This document shows, one piece after another, positions 9,536-19,325 of a stretch of 64,000 nt of DNA. Where the stretch lies: assembly GCA_045614805.1 (NCBI GenBank), contig JAZLDR010000014.1, positions 18,015 to 82,014 on the forward strand, read 5' to 3'. Numbering within the stretch: the first letter of the stretch is position 1; the number at the start of each line of letters is the position of its first letter. This DNA is from Candidatus Cryptobacteroides sp. GTDB taxonomy: Bacteria; Bacteroidota; Bacteroidia; Bacteroidales; UBA932. The translations under genes were made by a program, and so were the position numbers. The notes below the pieces were generated by a model that saw only the letters and a list, made by a program, of their open reading frames with translations, ran no database searches and was not told where the DNA came from.

Positions 9536-10948
9536 ATGAATAAATCTCACTATTTAGCAGTTGATTTAGGTGCTACAAGCGGAAGAACAATTCTTGCAAC
9601 TTACGATGGCCAAAAAATCGAGATGAAGGAGCTTACACGCTTCAAGAATCCTATGATTCCGATGGGCGGTCACCTTTATTGGGACCTTCCGGGTCTTTAC
9701 AATGAAGTGTTGGAAGGTTTGAGGAAAGTGGCTGAAGAAGGAGTTCAGCTGGAGTCTATTGGTATCGACACCTGGGGATGTGACTTCGCTTTCTTCGGCA
9801 AGGACGGACAGCTTCTCGGTCTGCCTCATTGCTACCGCGACCAGCATACCGCCGGAGCGCAGGAGAAATTCTTCGAGAAGATGTCTGCGAAGGATGTCTA
9901 TGACCGTACCGGTATCCAGTTCATGGATTTCAATTCTCTTTTCCAGTTTGATACTCTCAAGAGAAACGGATCCCAGGCTCTGGAGCATGCCGACAAGGTG
10001 CTCTTTATTCCTGACGCATTGATATATATGCTTACAGGCAAGGCTGTGTGCGAATATACTGTCGCTTCGACTTCTCAGATGCTTAACCCTGTGACCGGCG
10101 ACCTCGACGAGGACATCCTTGCCGCCTTGGGCATTTCGCGTGACAAGTTCGGAGTGATGACACAGCCGGGAACGGTTGTGGGTGCTCTTTCTGCACAGGT
10201 GCAGGAGGCTACCGGCCTTGGTGCAGTGCCTGTTGTTGCTGTCGCAGGACATGATACAGGTTCGGCTGTGGCTGCTGTTCCTGCTGAGGACCAGGAATAT
10301 GCTTACCTGAGCTGCGGAACCTGGTCTCTTCTTGGCATTGAGTCACCGGAGGCTATCATTACAGATGACAGTTTCAGAGAGAACTTTACAAACGAAGGTG
10401 GAATCGAGGGAACTACCAGATTCCTCAAGAATATATGCGGCCTCTGGCTTTTCGAGCAGAGCAGGAAGGAGTTCAAGGATGTGCCCGAGTCAGTGGGAGA
10501 ACTTGTGGCTCTTTGCGAACAGTCTTCTTACGAAGGCATCATCAATCCTGACGCTCCATGCTTCACCGCTCCTGCATCAATGACGGCTGCAATCCGTGAC
10601 TATTGCGTTTCTACCGGTCAGCCTGCTCCGCAGACTCCGGCAGATTACTGCAGATGTATCTTCAAGAGTCTTGCACTGCGTTACCGCGAGATTGTGGGAA
10701 TCCTTCAGGGAATGTGCTCGTTCCCGATAAAGAGACTTCATGTAATCGGAGGTGGTTCGCAGAACCGCTATCTCATGCAGTACACTGCAGATGCATTGAA
10801 TATGCCTGTCATCTGTGGCCCGGTGGAGGGTACAGCGCTCGGAAACGTGCTTATGCAGATAAAGGCGGCAGGCAAAGTGGAGACCCTCTCTCAGATGCGT
10901 GCCATCACAGCAGCGTCAGTGGACCTTGTCACATATCTTCCGAAATAA
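9536..10948 (+). CDS. rhaB: Rhamnulokinase
   Basis: FGGY kinase motifs DLGATSGR, GIDTWGCD, GHDT, SCGTWSLLG, TNEGG and GGGSQN. TAATTTTG -7 box at 9501-9508. Confidence 0.93.
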   Translation: MNKSHYLAVDLGATSGRTILATYDGQKIEMKELTRFKNPMIPMGGHLYWDLPGLYNEVLEGLRKVAEEGVQLESIGIDTWGCDFAFFGKDGQLLGLPHCYRDQHTAGAQEKFFEKMSAKDVYDRTGIQFMDFNSLFQFDTLKRNGSQALEHADKVLFIPDALIYMLTGKAVCEYTVASTSQMLNPVTGDLDEDILAALGISRDKFGVMTQPGTVVGALSAQVQEATGLGAVPVVAVAGHDTGSAVAAVPAEDQEYAYLSCGTWSLLGIESPEAIITDDSFRENFTNEGGIEGTTRFLKNICGLWLFEQSRKEFKDVPESVGELVALCEQSSYEGIINPDAPCFTAPASMTAAIRDYCVSTGQPAPQTPADYCRCIFKSLALRYREIVGILQGMCSFPIKRLHVIGGGSQNRYLMQYTADALNMPVICGPVEGTALGNVLMQIKAAGKVETLSQMRAITAASVDLVTYLPK

Positions 10949-10968
10949 ACAAATAAAACCACATAGAT

Positions 10969-12222
10969 ATGAAAGAATCATTAATCCATCAGGCGTATGA
11001 AATCGCCAAAGAGCGCTACGCCGAACTCGGAATCGACACCGAGAAGGTGCTCGAGCAGCTTCAGAACTTCCACCTCAGCATGCACTGCTGGCAGGCAGAC
11101 GACGTAAAAGGCTTCGAGGTGCAGGCTGGTGACCTCTCAGGTGGAATCCAGTCAACAGGTAACTATCCTGGCGCAGCCCGCAACATTGACGAACTCCGTG
11201 CCGATGTGCTTAAGGCAAAGAGCCTGATCCCGGGATCTCACAGACTTAACCTCCATGAAATCTACGGAGATTTCCAGGGCAAGGTTGTTGACCGTGACGA
11301 GGTGACAGTAGAGCATTTCCAGAGCTGGATCGAGTGGGCGAAGGAAAACAATACCAAACTCGATTTCAACTCGACTTCATTCTCTCACCCGAAGAGCGGT
11401 AACCTCTCTCTTTCAAATCCTGACGAGAGCATCCGCAAGTTCTGGGTAGAACACACAAAGCGCTGCCGCGATATCGCAGACGCAATGGGTAAGGCTCAGA
11501 ACGACCCATGTATCATGAACGTCTGGGTGCATGACGGTTGCAAGGATGTATCTGTAAATCACTATCTCTATCGCGAGACCCTTAAGAAGTCCCTCGATGA
11601 AATCTTTGCAGAGAAGAAGGAATGGATGAAGGACTGTATCGAAGGAAAAGTGTTTGGAATCGGTCTCGAGAGCTTTACAGTAGGTTCGCACGACTTCTAC
11701 ACAGCATATGCTGCAAAGAACAATATGATGCTTACTATCGATACAGGTCACTATCATCCTACTGAGGTACCGGGTGACAAGGTTTCTGCTGTCCTCCAGT
11801 TCGTTCCTGAACTTATGCTTCACGTGAGCCGTCCTATCCGTTGGGATTCAGACCATGTGACTATCATGGATGATATGACTCAGGACCTCTTCTCAGAAAT
11901 CGTACGCGCAGGTGCTCTTGACCGCGTTCACTACGGTCTCGATTTCTTCGATGGCTCGATCAACCGTATCGGTGCTTATGTGATCGGATCACGCTCTGCT
12001 CAGAAGTGCATGCTCAAGGCCCTCCTCGAGCCACGTGACCTCATCGCAAAGAAAGAGTTTGAAGGCAACACATTCCAGGTGCTTCAGCTCGTTGAAGAGT
12101 GCAAGACATTGCCTTGGAACGCTGTTTACGACGAGTTCTGTGTACGCAACAACGTACCTGTAGGAAATGCTATCATCGACGTGATCGCTGATTACGAGAA
12201 GGCAGTTCTCGCTCAGAGATAA
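10969..12222 (+). CDS. rhaA: L-rhamnose isomerase
   Basis: Motifs SMHCWQADDV, TGNYPG, RLNLH, DTGHYHPTE, HVSRPIRWDSDHV and GLDFFDGSINRI. Confidence 0.97.
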   Translation: MKESLIHQAYEIAKERYAELGIDTEKVLEQLQNFHLSMHCWQADDVKGFEVQAGDLSGGIQSTGNYPGAARNIDELRADVLKAKSLIPGSHRLNLHEIYGDFQGKVVDRDEVTVEHFQSWIEWAKENNTKLDFNSTSFSHPKSGNLSLSNPDESIRKFWVEHTKRCRDIADAMGKAQNDPCIMNVWVHDGCKDVSVNHYLYRETLKKSLDEIFAEKKEWMKDCIEGKVFGIGLESFTVGSHDFYTAYAAKNNMMLTIDTGHYHPTEVPGDKVSAVLQFVPELMLHVSRPIRWDSDHVTIMDDMTQDLFSEIVRAGALDRVHYGLDFFDGSINRIGAYVIGSRSAQKCMLKALLEPRDLIAKKEFEGNTFQVLQLVEECKTLPWNAVYDEFCVRNNVPVGNAIIDVIADYEKAVLAQR

Positions 12223-12229
12223 CCCTTGA

Positions 12230-12263
12230 TGTCATCCTGAGGAGCGAAGCGACGTGAGGATCT
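12230..12263 (+). repeat. REP-like extragenic hairpin (GTCAT...GGATCT type)
   Basis: TGTCATCCTGAGGAGCGAAGCGACGTGAGGATCT lies between rhaA and fucO. It has the same design as the elements at 19072-19141. Confidence 0.65.
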
Positions 12264-12289
12264 GTTAATAACAATAAAATTAATAAACC

Positions 12290-13444
12290 ATGAAAAGAAT
12301 TATACTTAACGAAACATCATACTACGGTGCCGGTTGCCGTACTGCAATTGCTGACGAGATCAAGAAGAGAGGCTTCAAGAAGGCTCTGCTCGTGACTGAC
12401 AAGCCGCTCATCCAGTTTGGCGTGGCTGCAAAGATTGAGGAAGTCCTCAACAATGCAGGCATTCCTTACGAGGTATACAGCGAGATCAAGCCAAACCCTA
12501 CCATCAAGAATGTACTTGACGGACTTGCTGCTTTCAAGGCTTCTGGAGCAGATTGTATGGTAGCTCTTGGTGGCGGATCGTCAATCGACACAGCAAAGGC
12601 AATCGGTATCATCAACAACAACCCTGAATTCGCTGACGTACGTTCGCTTGAGGGCGTTGCCCCTACAAAGAACAAGGCTGTCCCTACATTTGCTGTCCCA
12701 ACAACAGCAGGTACTGCAGCTGAGGTGACAATCAACTATGTGATTACTGACGAGGAGAACCGCAAGAAGATGGTTTGCGTTGACCCTAACGATATTCCTG
12801 TATGTTCAGTTATCGACTGTGAGCTTATGATGAGCATGCCTAAGGGTCTTACAGCTTCTACTGGTCTTGACGCTCTTACTCATGCAATCGAGAGTTACAT
12901 CACTCCAGGTGCATGGACCATGAGTGACATGTTCGAGTACAAGGCTATCGAGCTCATCCATGAGCACCTCTACAATGCTGTTCAGGATGGTAACGACGTG
13001 AAGGCTCGTGAGGGTATGGCTGAGGCTCAGTATATTGCTGGAGTGGGATTCTCTAACGTAGGTCTCGGTATCGTTCACTCAATGGCTCACCCTCTTGGTG
13101 CTTTCTATGACACTCCTCATGGTGTGGCAAATGCACTCCTCCTTCCATATGTGATGGAGTACAATGCGGATTCACCTGCCCGTGAGAAATATCTCGGCAT
13201 AGCAAAGGCAATGGGTGTGGACACAACAGGCATGAGCGTTGACGATGGTGTTGCTGCAGCAATCAAGGCTGTAAGAGACCTTTCTATCAGCGTGAACATT
13301 CCTCAGCATCTGCATGAGATCGGCGTAAAGAAGGAAGACCTTCATGACCTTGCAGTGGCTGCATTCAATGATGTATGTACAGGAGGAAACCCTCGTCCTA
13401 CATCAGTTGAGGATATCGAAGCGATTTACAATATAGCATTCTAA
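12290..13444 (+). CDS. fucO: Lactaldehyde reductase (iron-containing alcohol dehydrogenase)
   Basis: Motifs GGGSSIDTAK, PTTAGT, DALTHAIE, HSMAH and HGVAN; located in the rha operon. Confidence 0.93.
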   Translation: MKRIILNETSYYGAGCRTAIADEIKKRGFKKALLVTDKPLIQFGVAAKIEEVLNNAGIPYEVYSEIKPNPTIKNVLDGLAAFKASGADCMVALGGGSSIDTAKAIGIINNNPEFADVRSLEGVAPTKNKAVPTFAVPTTAGTAAEVTINYVITDEENRKKMVCVDPNDIPVCSVIDCELMMSMPKGLTASTGLDALTHAIESYITPGAWTMSDMFEYKAIELIHEHLYNAVQDGNDVKAREGMAEAQYIAGVGFSNVGLGIVHSMAHPLGAFYDTPHGVANALLLPYVMEYNADSPAREKYLGIAKAMGVDTTGMSVDDGVAAAIKAVRDLSISVNIPQHLHEIGVKKEDLHDLAVAAFNDVCTGGNPRPTSVEDIEAIYNIAF

Positions 13445-13450
13445 TGAAAT

Positions 13451-14263
13451 ATGGCTTCAGTTTTAGATAATCGTCCTGCGCTTTCAGCTGCCGTATGGCA
13501 GGTGGCTGAGGCCGCAGGATATCTTTGGGAGAAAGGTTGGGCCGAAAGAAACGGCGGCAACATAACCGTCAATGTGACCGAGCATGTAGATGATGCGATC
13601 CGTGCGCTTCCGGCGATAAGCGAGGTGAAGCAGATCGGTGCAGTGCTCCCGCATCTCAAGGGATGCTATTTCTACTGCAAGGGCACACAGAAGCGAATGC
13701 GTGACCTTGCCCGTGACCCTATGGCGAACGGTTCAATCATCCGTATCCTGGATGACTGCGCAAGCTATGTCATCATTGCTGACAATCCTGTGATGCCTAC
13801 AAGTGAGCTTCCGTCTCACCTGAGCGTGCATAATTATCTCCTTGCAAAGGGATCTCCATATCGTGCTTCGCTGCACACCCATCCTATCGAACTCGTAGCC
13901 ATGACACATTGCCGTAAGTTCATGGAGAAGGACGTGGCGACACGACTTCTGTGGTCTATGATTCCTGAAACCAAGGCGTTCTGTCCTCGTGGTCTCGGAA
14001 TGGTGCCTTACCTCATGCCAAGCGGAGTGGAACTGGCTGACGCGACGATCAAGGCTATCGATGAGGATTATGATGTGGTCATGTGGGAGAAGCATGGTGT
14101 GTTCGCAGTGGATACTGACATCATGTCTGCCTTCGACCAGGTGGATGTGCTCAACAAGGCTGCTCTCATCTATATTGCTTCAAGGAATATGGGATTCGAG
14201 CCGGAGGGTATGTCAGATGCCCAGATGAAGGAACTGACAGATACATTCGGATTACCTAAGTAA
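13451..14263 (+). CDS. rhaD: Rhamnulose-1-phosphate aldolase
   Basis: Class II aldolase motifs GWAERNGGN, PTSELPSH, HTHP and WEKHG. Confidence 0.95.
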   Translation: MASVLDNRPALSAAVWQVAEAAGYLWEKGWAERNGGNITVNVTEHVDDAIRALPAISEVKQIGAVLPHLKGCYFYCKGTQKRMRDLARDPMANGSIIRILDDCASYVIIADNPVMPTSELPSHLSVHNYLLAKGSPYRASLHTHPIELVAMTHCRKFMEKDVATRLLWSMIPETKAFCPRGLGMVPYLMPSGVELADATIKAIDEDYDVVMWEKHGVFAVDTDIMSAFDQVDVLNKAALIYIASRNMGFEPEGMSDAQMKELTDTFGLPK

Positions 14264-14270
14264 AGAACGT

Positions 14271-15425
14271 ATGAACAAGAAATTATTTGTGATTCTGCCG
14301 GTTATGTTCGGCTTCTTCATCATGGCTTTTGTCGATCTTGTAGGATTGGCATCCAATTATGTGAAGAATGATTTTGGCTTCAGCGATACGGTTTCAAACC
14401 TTATCTCGATAGCATGTTATGTGTGGTTCCTTGTCTTCTCTGTGCCTACAGGAGTGATGATGAACAAGTTCGGCCGTAAGACAGTCGTGCTTGCGAGCTT
14501 CATTCTGACAGCCGTGGCGATGTTGCTGCCTGTGCTTTTCTCGCAGAGTTTCCCGGTGATCCTGATGGCATTTGCATTGATAGGCATAGGTAACACTTTC
14601 CTTCAGGTTTCGCTTAATCCTCTGGTGCAGGATGTTGTAAGTGCTGATAAGCTGACCGGAACCCTGACTCTCGGTCAGTTCATCAAATCTGCTGCATCTT
14701 TGCTGGCTCCAGTCCTTTTCCCTGCATTCGCAGCATCGTTTCTGGGATGGAAGACAGCGTTCCTCATCTATGCAGTGATAAGTCTTGTAGGTGCGCTATG
14801 GCTGGGCCTGACACCTATGAAGAGAAATGAGCCGTCAGCAAGCGTCTCGTTTACAGCGACGTTCGGTCTGTTGAAGGACAAGACCATCCTCCTGTTCTTC
14901 CTGGGAATTCTGGCCCTTGTAGGTGCAGATGTGGGTATCGGATTCACTTTCCCTAAGATTCTTCAGGAGAAGTTCTCCATGTCGCTCGACGCTTCTGCCC
15001 CATATCTCACCGTGTATTTTCTTGCAAAGGCAGCTGGTGCATTCGTGGGAGGTATCGTGCTTATGAAGCTGAAGGAGTACAAGTTCTATCTTGCAAGTAT
15101 CCTGTTGGCAGTGCTTGGTCTTGGCTGGATGCTGTTTGCAGATTCGCTTCTGACAGAACTTATAGCAGTAGCTGTCTTCGGACTTGGCTATGCCAACCTG
15201 TTCTCAATCATATTCTCACTTGCTCTCAAGCATGCCCCTTCACGTTCCAATGAGGTTTCGTCCCTTCTTATCATGGGCGTTGCCGGTGGTGCAGTGGTGA
15301 CACCTCTGCTGGGAGTCGTTACCGATATGTTCGGCACACAGAATGCTGCCGTGGTAGTTGTAATTGCTGTGTGGGTGTTTGTAATGTGTCTTTATGGTCT
15401 TGTGAGAAAGACGTCAATCAGATAA
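14271..15425 (+). CDS. MFS sugar transporter (FucP/GluP-like)
   Basis: About 12 hydrophobic segments; MNKFGRK loop; GNTFLQVSLNP; MGVAGGA. Confidence 0.85.
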   Translation: MNKKLFVILPVMFGFFIMAFVDLVGLASNYVKNDFGFSDTVSNLISIACYVWFLVFSVPTGVMMNKFGRKTVVLASFILTAVAMLLPVLFSQSFPVILMAFALIGIGNTFLQVSLNPLVQDVVSADKLTGTLTLGQFIKSAASLLAPVLFPAFAASFLGWKTAFLIYAVISLVGALWLGLTPMKRNEPSASVSFTATFGLLKDKTILLFFLGILALVGADVGIGFTFPKILQEKFSMSLDASAPYLTVYFLAKAAGAFVGGIVLMKLKEYKFYLASILLAVLGLGWMLFADSLLTELIAVAVFGLGYANLFSIIFSLALKHAPSRSNEVSSLLIMGVAGGAVVTPLLGVVTDMFGTQNAAVVVVIAVWVFVMCLYGLVRKTSIR

Positions 15426-15429
15426 TGCT

Positions 15430-16389
15430 ATGAAGAATATTTTAGGAGTAGATATAGGTGGTACCAAATGCGCGATCACTTATGGTTGTCAGAACGGAGC
15501 GGATATTGAGATCAAGGATAAGCAGGCGTTTCCGACCACTTCGTGTCAGGAGACTATCGAAAACTTGAAGTCTGCAATCCGTGATGTCATGCAGCGCAAC
15601 GGTCTCACTTCAGAGAACACCTATGCAATAGGCATCAGTTGCGGCGGTCCGCTTGACAGCAGGACAGGAGTCGTGATGTCCCCGCCGAACCTTCCGGGTT
15701 GGGATAACATTCCGATTGTTAAGATATTGTCTGATGAATTCGGTGTGCCTGCTGCAATCCATAACGATGCCAACGCTTGTGCTTTGGCAGAGTGGACTTT
15801 CGGTGCTGGAAAAGGCAGCCGCAATATGGCGTTCCTGACTTTCGGTACCGGACTTGGTGCAGGCCTTATTCTGGATGGCAAGCTGTACTCCGGAACTAAT
15901 GACAATGCCGGTGAACTCGGTCATATCAGACTGTCGGATTTCGGTCCGGTAGGATATGGCAAGGCGGGATCGTTCGAAGGTTTCTGCAGCGGCGGCGGTA
16001 TCAGGCAGCTTGCCCAGTCCCTTGTGAAGGAACGACTTCAGATGGGTGGTCATGTCGAGTGGTGCCCTGACGGTGACCTTGAGAAGATTACAGCCAAGAC
16101 TGTGGCCGAGGCGGCCCGCAAGGGAGATTCTTTGGCACAGGAGATATTTGACATTTCTTCCCGTTACCTCGGTATCGGTCTCTCAATCCTGATAGACATC
16201 ATCAATCCGGAGGTGATTGTCATAGGAAGTATTTATACCCGCAATGAGGATATGATGAAGCCGGTCATGGACCGTGTGATATCGCGTGAGGCGCTTCCTC
16301 TTGCAGCGAAGGTTTGTAAGGTGGTGCCTGCGGCTTTGGGTGAAGCCATAGGTGACTACGCAGCCCTTTCAGTCGGAGCAAATATTTAA
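15430..16389 (+). CDS. ROK family sugar kinase
   Basis: Motifs GVDIGGT, SPPNL, NDANACALAE, GTGLGAG and GELGH. Confidence 0.92.
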   Translation: MKNILGVDIGGTKCAITYGCQNGADIEIKDKQAFPTTSCQETIENLKSAIRDVMQRNGLTSENTYAIGISCGGPLDSRTGVVMSPPNLPGWDNIPIVKILSDEFGVPAAIHNDANACALAEWTFGAGKGSRNMAFLTFGTGLGAGLILDGKLYSGTNDNAGELGHIRLSDFGPVGYGKAGSFEGFCSGGGIRQLAQSLVKERLQMGGHVEWCPDGDLEKITAKTVAEAARKGDSLAQEIFDISSRYLGIGLSILIDIINPEVIVIGSIYTRNEDMMKPVMDRVISREALPLAAKVCKVVPAALGEAIGDYAALSVGANI

Positions 16390-16393
16390 AATC

Positions 16394-16969
16394 ATGATAA
16401 AATCAATTATTGAACACAGTCTCTCCGAGGCCCGTCAGGCCTTGGAGGACTTTCTTTCTTCTGAAAATACAGTCCCTGTAATGAACGCCATGGTGGAGGT
16501 TCTTGCAGAGTGTTATAGAAATGGCGGTAAGGTGATCTGCTGCGGCAACGGCGGCTCTCTTTGTGACGCCACTCATTTTGCCGAGGAACTGACCGGACGA
16601 TTCCGCGAAAACCGTCGTCCGCTTCCTGCAATGGCAGTAAATGATCCGGCATATATGACATGTACGGGAAACGACTTCGATTTCAATGACATCTTCGCCC
16701 GTTGGGTGGAGGCTTTCGGTAAGGAAGGTGATGTGCTTCTGGCAATCAGTACCAGCGGAAACAGTAAGAATGTAGCGATGGCTGCAGAGCAGGCCCGCAG
16801 TATGGGGATGAAGGTCATCGGACTCACTGCAGAAGGCGAGACTTTGCTGAAGAAGCTCTCGGATGTGTGCCTCTGTGCACCTCGCACTCCGCATTCTGAC
16901 CGTATCCAGGAAATCCACATCAAAGTCATCCACATAGTCATCGAGGCGTTGGAAAAGGTGTTGTTTTAA
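16394..16969 (+). CDS. GmhA-like SIS-domain phosphosugar isomerase
   Basis: Motifs CGNGGS, HFAEEL, ISTSGNS and DRIQEIH. In this context the role may be catabolic, so no symbol is given. Confidence 0.88.
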   Translation: MIKSIIEHSLSEARQALEDFLSSENTVPVMNAMVEVLAECYRNGGKVICCGNGGSLCDATHFAEELTGRFRENRRPLPAMAVNDPAYMTCTGNDFDFNDIFARWVEAFGKEGDVLLAISTSGNSKNVAMAAEQARSMGMKVIGLTAEGETLLKKLSDVCLCAPRTPHSDRIQEIHIKVIHIVIEALEKVLF

Positions 16970-16985
16970 ATTTTAACGTCTTTAT

Positions 16986-17327
16986 ATGAAAAGGTTTAAT
17001 GTCCTTGTTGCCTTTTCTTTTTATCCTATAGACTTGCATAATGCTTCCGGTGTTCAGCCTCAGCAGCTGGATGAGGGTACTTTTGCCTCAGTTCCTCTCA
17101 GGGCTCTGATTCCGGCAGGAAGCAGGCATCTTCTTGTTGCAGGACGTTGTCTGTCCAGCGACCAGCTGGCAAATTCAGCCCTCAGAGTTCAGGCTACATG
17201 CATGGCTACGGGTCAGGCTGCCGGTGCAGCTGCAGCGCTTGCAGTACATAAAAATACGACTCCAGCTGATGTCCCTCTGGATGAATTGAGGAACATGCTG
17301 GAGTCGCATGGTGCTATTCTTCGATAA
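16986..17327 (+). pseudogene. FAD-dependent oxidoreductase with a large in-frame internal deletion
   Basis: MKRFNVLV (start of a Rossmann strand, GxGxxG missing) is joined directly to the C-terminal motifs YPIDLH, VPLRALIP, LLVAGRCLS and MATGQAAG. Only 113 aa. Confidence 0.8.
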
Positions 17328-17330
17328 GTC

Positions 17331-18134
17331 TTATGCCTGGAGCCACTTGTGCTTTTCTACACTGTAAATCGGTACGAAAGGCAGCAGGATAGGCGTCTTC
17401 TTGATATATGCCTGATATTCAGGATCCTCTCCGTAGACTTTGTTCTGACGGATTTCAAGTCTGCGTGCTCCGCTGAACATCACATACACGATTCCGATGT
17501 ATCCGATTGCGGCGATCACCCACTGCCAGAATGTGCAGCATGCTCCGAAGCATACGATGAACGCTCCTGTCCAGATTACGAGTTCGCCGAGGTAGTTAGG
17601 GCAACGTACGAGCTTATATACTCCTGTGTCCACAAATCTGTTCTTGTTGATCTTCTTTGCAGCTTTCTTCTGAGCGTCAGCGACAGATTCGAGCATCACT
17701 CCTACTGCCATCAGAGCAGCTCCAACCCATGGCAACACCTCGCTTACAGGTGCTCCGGCTGCCTTATTGGCGAGATAGAATGCAACTGGACTTACCTGTC
17801 CGACATAAAGCAGTGCACAGAACAGCCAGACTACGATAACAACCGGGAGGGGTTTCTTCTTTGCTGCATCAGGTCCATAAAGGATCTTCTTATATTCCGG
17901 TGACCTCTTCTCTCGAGTGAGGAGGTAGAGTCCCAGACGACAACCGAAGATGAACATCACGGCGCAAAGTATTGCAGTAGGGATTGTGAGTACATCACGG
18001 AACAGGATGGCCAAGGTTACTGCCAAGGCAGAAATTCCGAATCCGTATCCGATGCTGAAGAAGTAGATGAAATATATCCATCCGAGTGCTGAAACTGCGA
18101 GTGATACCGCCAGAAGAATAAGTAGATAGCTCAT
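17331..18134 (-). CDS. DUF1295 / steroid 5-alpha-reductase-like membrane protein
   Basis: Multi-TM; motifs ESVADAQK, GVYKLVRCPNYLGE and YQAYIKKT. Confidence 0.85.
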   Translation of the reverse strand: MSYLLILLAVSLAVSALGWIYFIYFFSIGYGFGISALAVTLAILFRDVLTIPTAILCAVMFIFGCRLGLYLLTREKRSPEYKKILYGPDAAKKKPLPVVIVVWLFCALLYVGQVSPVAFYLANKAAGAPVSEVLPWVGAALMAVGVMLESVADAQKKAAKKINKNRFVDTGVYKLVRCPNYLGELVIWTGAFIVCFGACCTFWQWVIAAIGYIGIVYVMFSGARRLEIRQNKVYGEDPEYQAYIKKTPILLPFVPIYSVEKHKWLQA

Positions 18135-18140
18135 GATATG

Positions 18141-18782
18141 TTAATTTATGAATTTGACTTTTCCCATGTCGCGTGGCTTTGCTTCGGGTGATTCGTCTGC
18201 ATATCCCAGACCGATGCAGAGGCAAAGTTCATACCCTTCGCTGAATCCCAGCTTTTTAACGTAAGGTTTGCATATGTCGTTGTCTGTGAGGAAGCGCACA
18301 GGACTGCCGAGGCAGATAGAGCCGACTCCGAGTGACCATGCAGAAAGCATTACGTTCTCAGCAAGCAGTCCGCAGTCGTATGCTGAAAAGTCGTATGAAG
18401 GATCTCGTGCGATGAATACCATTACAGGAGCGCCTCTGAAGCAGTTCTTTGCGAATTCCATTCCGTCGTGCGAGTCTGCCATCGCCTGTGACATCTGTGC
18501 CAGAAGTTCAGGGTTATCCACGACTCTCACCTCCCACGACTGCTTGTTCTGTCCGTTCGGAGCATTGATGCCGCACTCCATTATAGTGTTCAGTGTGTCG
18601 CGACTGACAGGAATCTGCTTGTAATTGCGGATGCTTCGGCGTGACATGATGGTCCCGATGACGGCATTCTCGCCCTCTGCCTGCTGAGTGTTCTGTGTCT
18701 CAGTGGTGTTCTGTGTCTTTGGGGCGCAGGCTGCCGCCAATATCATGCACAGCACCACAATAATGATCTTCCAAGTCTTCAT
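18141..18782 (-). CDS. Nitroreductase family lipoprotein
   Basis: Lipobox LAAAC from the ATG at 18782; motifs RRSIRNY, APNGQNKQSW, DCG and SLGVGS. TATATTTG -7 box at 18839-18832. Confidence 0.9.
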   Translation of the reverse strand: MKTWKIIIVVLCMILAAACAPKTQNTTETQNTQQAEGENAVIGTIMSRRSIRNYKQIPVSRDTLNTIMECGINAPNGQNKQSWEVRVVDNPELLAQMSQAMADSHDGMEFAKNCFRGAPVMVFIARDPSYDFSAYDCGLLAENVMLSAWSLGVGSICLGSPVRFLTDNDICKPYVKKLGFSEGYELCLCIGLGYADESPEAKPRDMGKVKFIN

Positions 18783-18905
18783 GTTTATCGTTTTATGGTC
18801 ATTGATAGTCTTCCAGGCTGGCCTGGCCCTACAAATATAACTTTTTACCGTTAATTTTCTTCTCCACTTCGGCAATTTTTATTTTTGGTAATGATACATC
18901 AGTTT

Positions 18906-19089
18906 ACACCTGTCATGTCTAGCGCAGTACACTTGTCATGTCGAGCGTATTCCACCTGTCATGTCTATCATATTCCACCTGTCATGTCTATCGTATTCCA
19001 CTTGTCATGTCGAGCGTATTCCACTTGTCATGTCTATCATATTCCACCTGTCATGTCTATCGTATTCCACCTGTCATGTCTAGCGCAGT
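18906..19089. repeat. Tandem array of 8 x 23 bp with a 69-bp higher-order repeat
   Basis: Consensus CCACYTGTCATGTCKAKCRTATT. Units 2-4 nearly equal units 5-7. Units 1 and 8 end in TAGCGCAGT. Confidence 0.95.
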
Positions 19090-19141
19090 CGAGACATCCT
19101 TAAAAAGATTCCTCCACTCACTTCGTTCGGTCGGAATGACA
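19072..19141. repeat. Inverted doublet of GTCAT-type REP-like hairpins
   Basis: TGTCATGTCTAGCGCAGTCGAGACATCCT on + (19072-19100) faces TGTCATTCCGACCGAACGAAGTGAGTGGAGGAATCT on - (19141-19106). Confidence 0.7.
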
Positions 19142-19176
19142 ACTGGTGTAAACATGTATATTGTTCCCTTTATTTT

Positions 19177-19305
19177 GGGAACAAATTACGTTTTTTTGTT
19201 CCCGTTGATGTCGTCTTGGTGAGTTTCTGGCACGTTTTGCTGGTTTTTGTTCCCGCCGTGCCTAGGAGGGTGAGTTTCTGGCACACTTTCCCGGTTTTTG
19301 TTCCC
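19177..19305. repeat. Left 51-bp-period hairpin array (3 units)
   Basis: 27-bp KGGMAC-N14-TGTTCCC units start at 19177, 19228 and 19279. Confidence 0.85.
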
Positions 19306-19325
19306 GTTGAGGCAGTTGTGGCGCT

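Noticed and set aside
16394-16969. LPS heptose biosynthesis (gmhA) locus
   Set aside because: No hldE, gmhB or glycosyltransferase neighbours; the context is catabolic.
18885-19222. ORFs 18885-19103 and 18938-19222 with repeated Cys/His-rich peptides
   Set aside because: These are translations of a 23-bp DNA repeat (not a multiple of 3), with no coding context.
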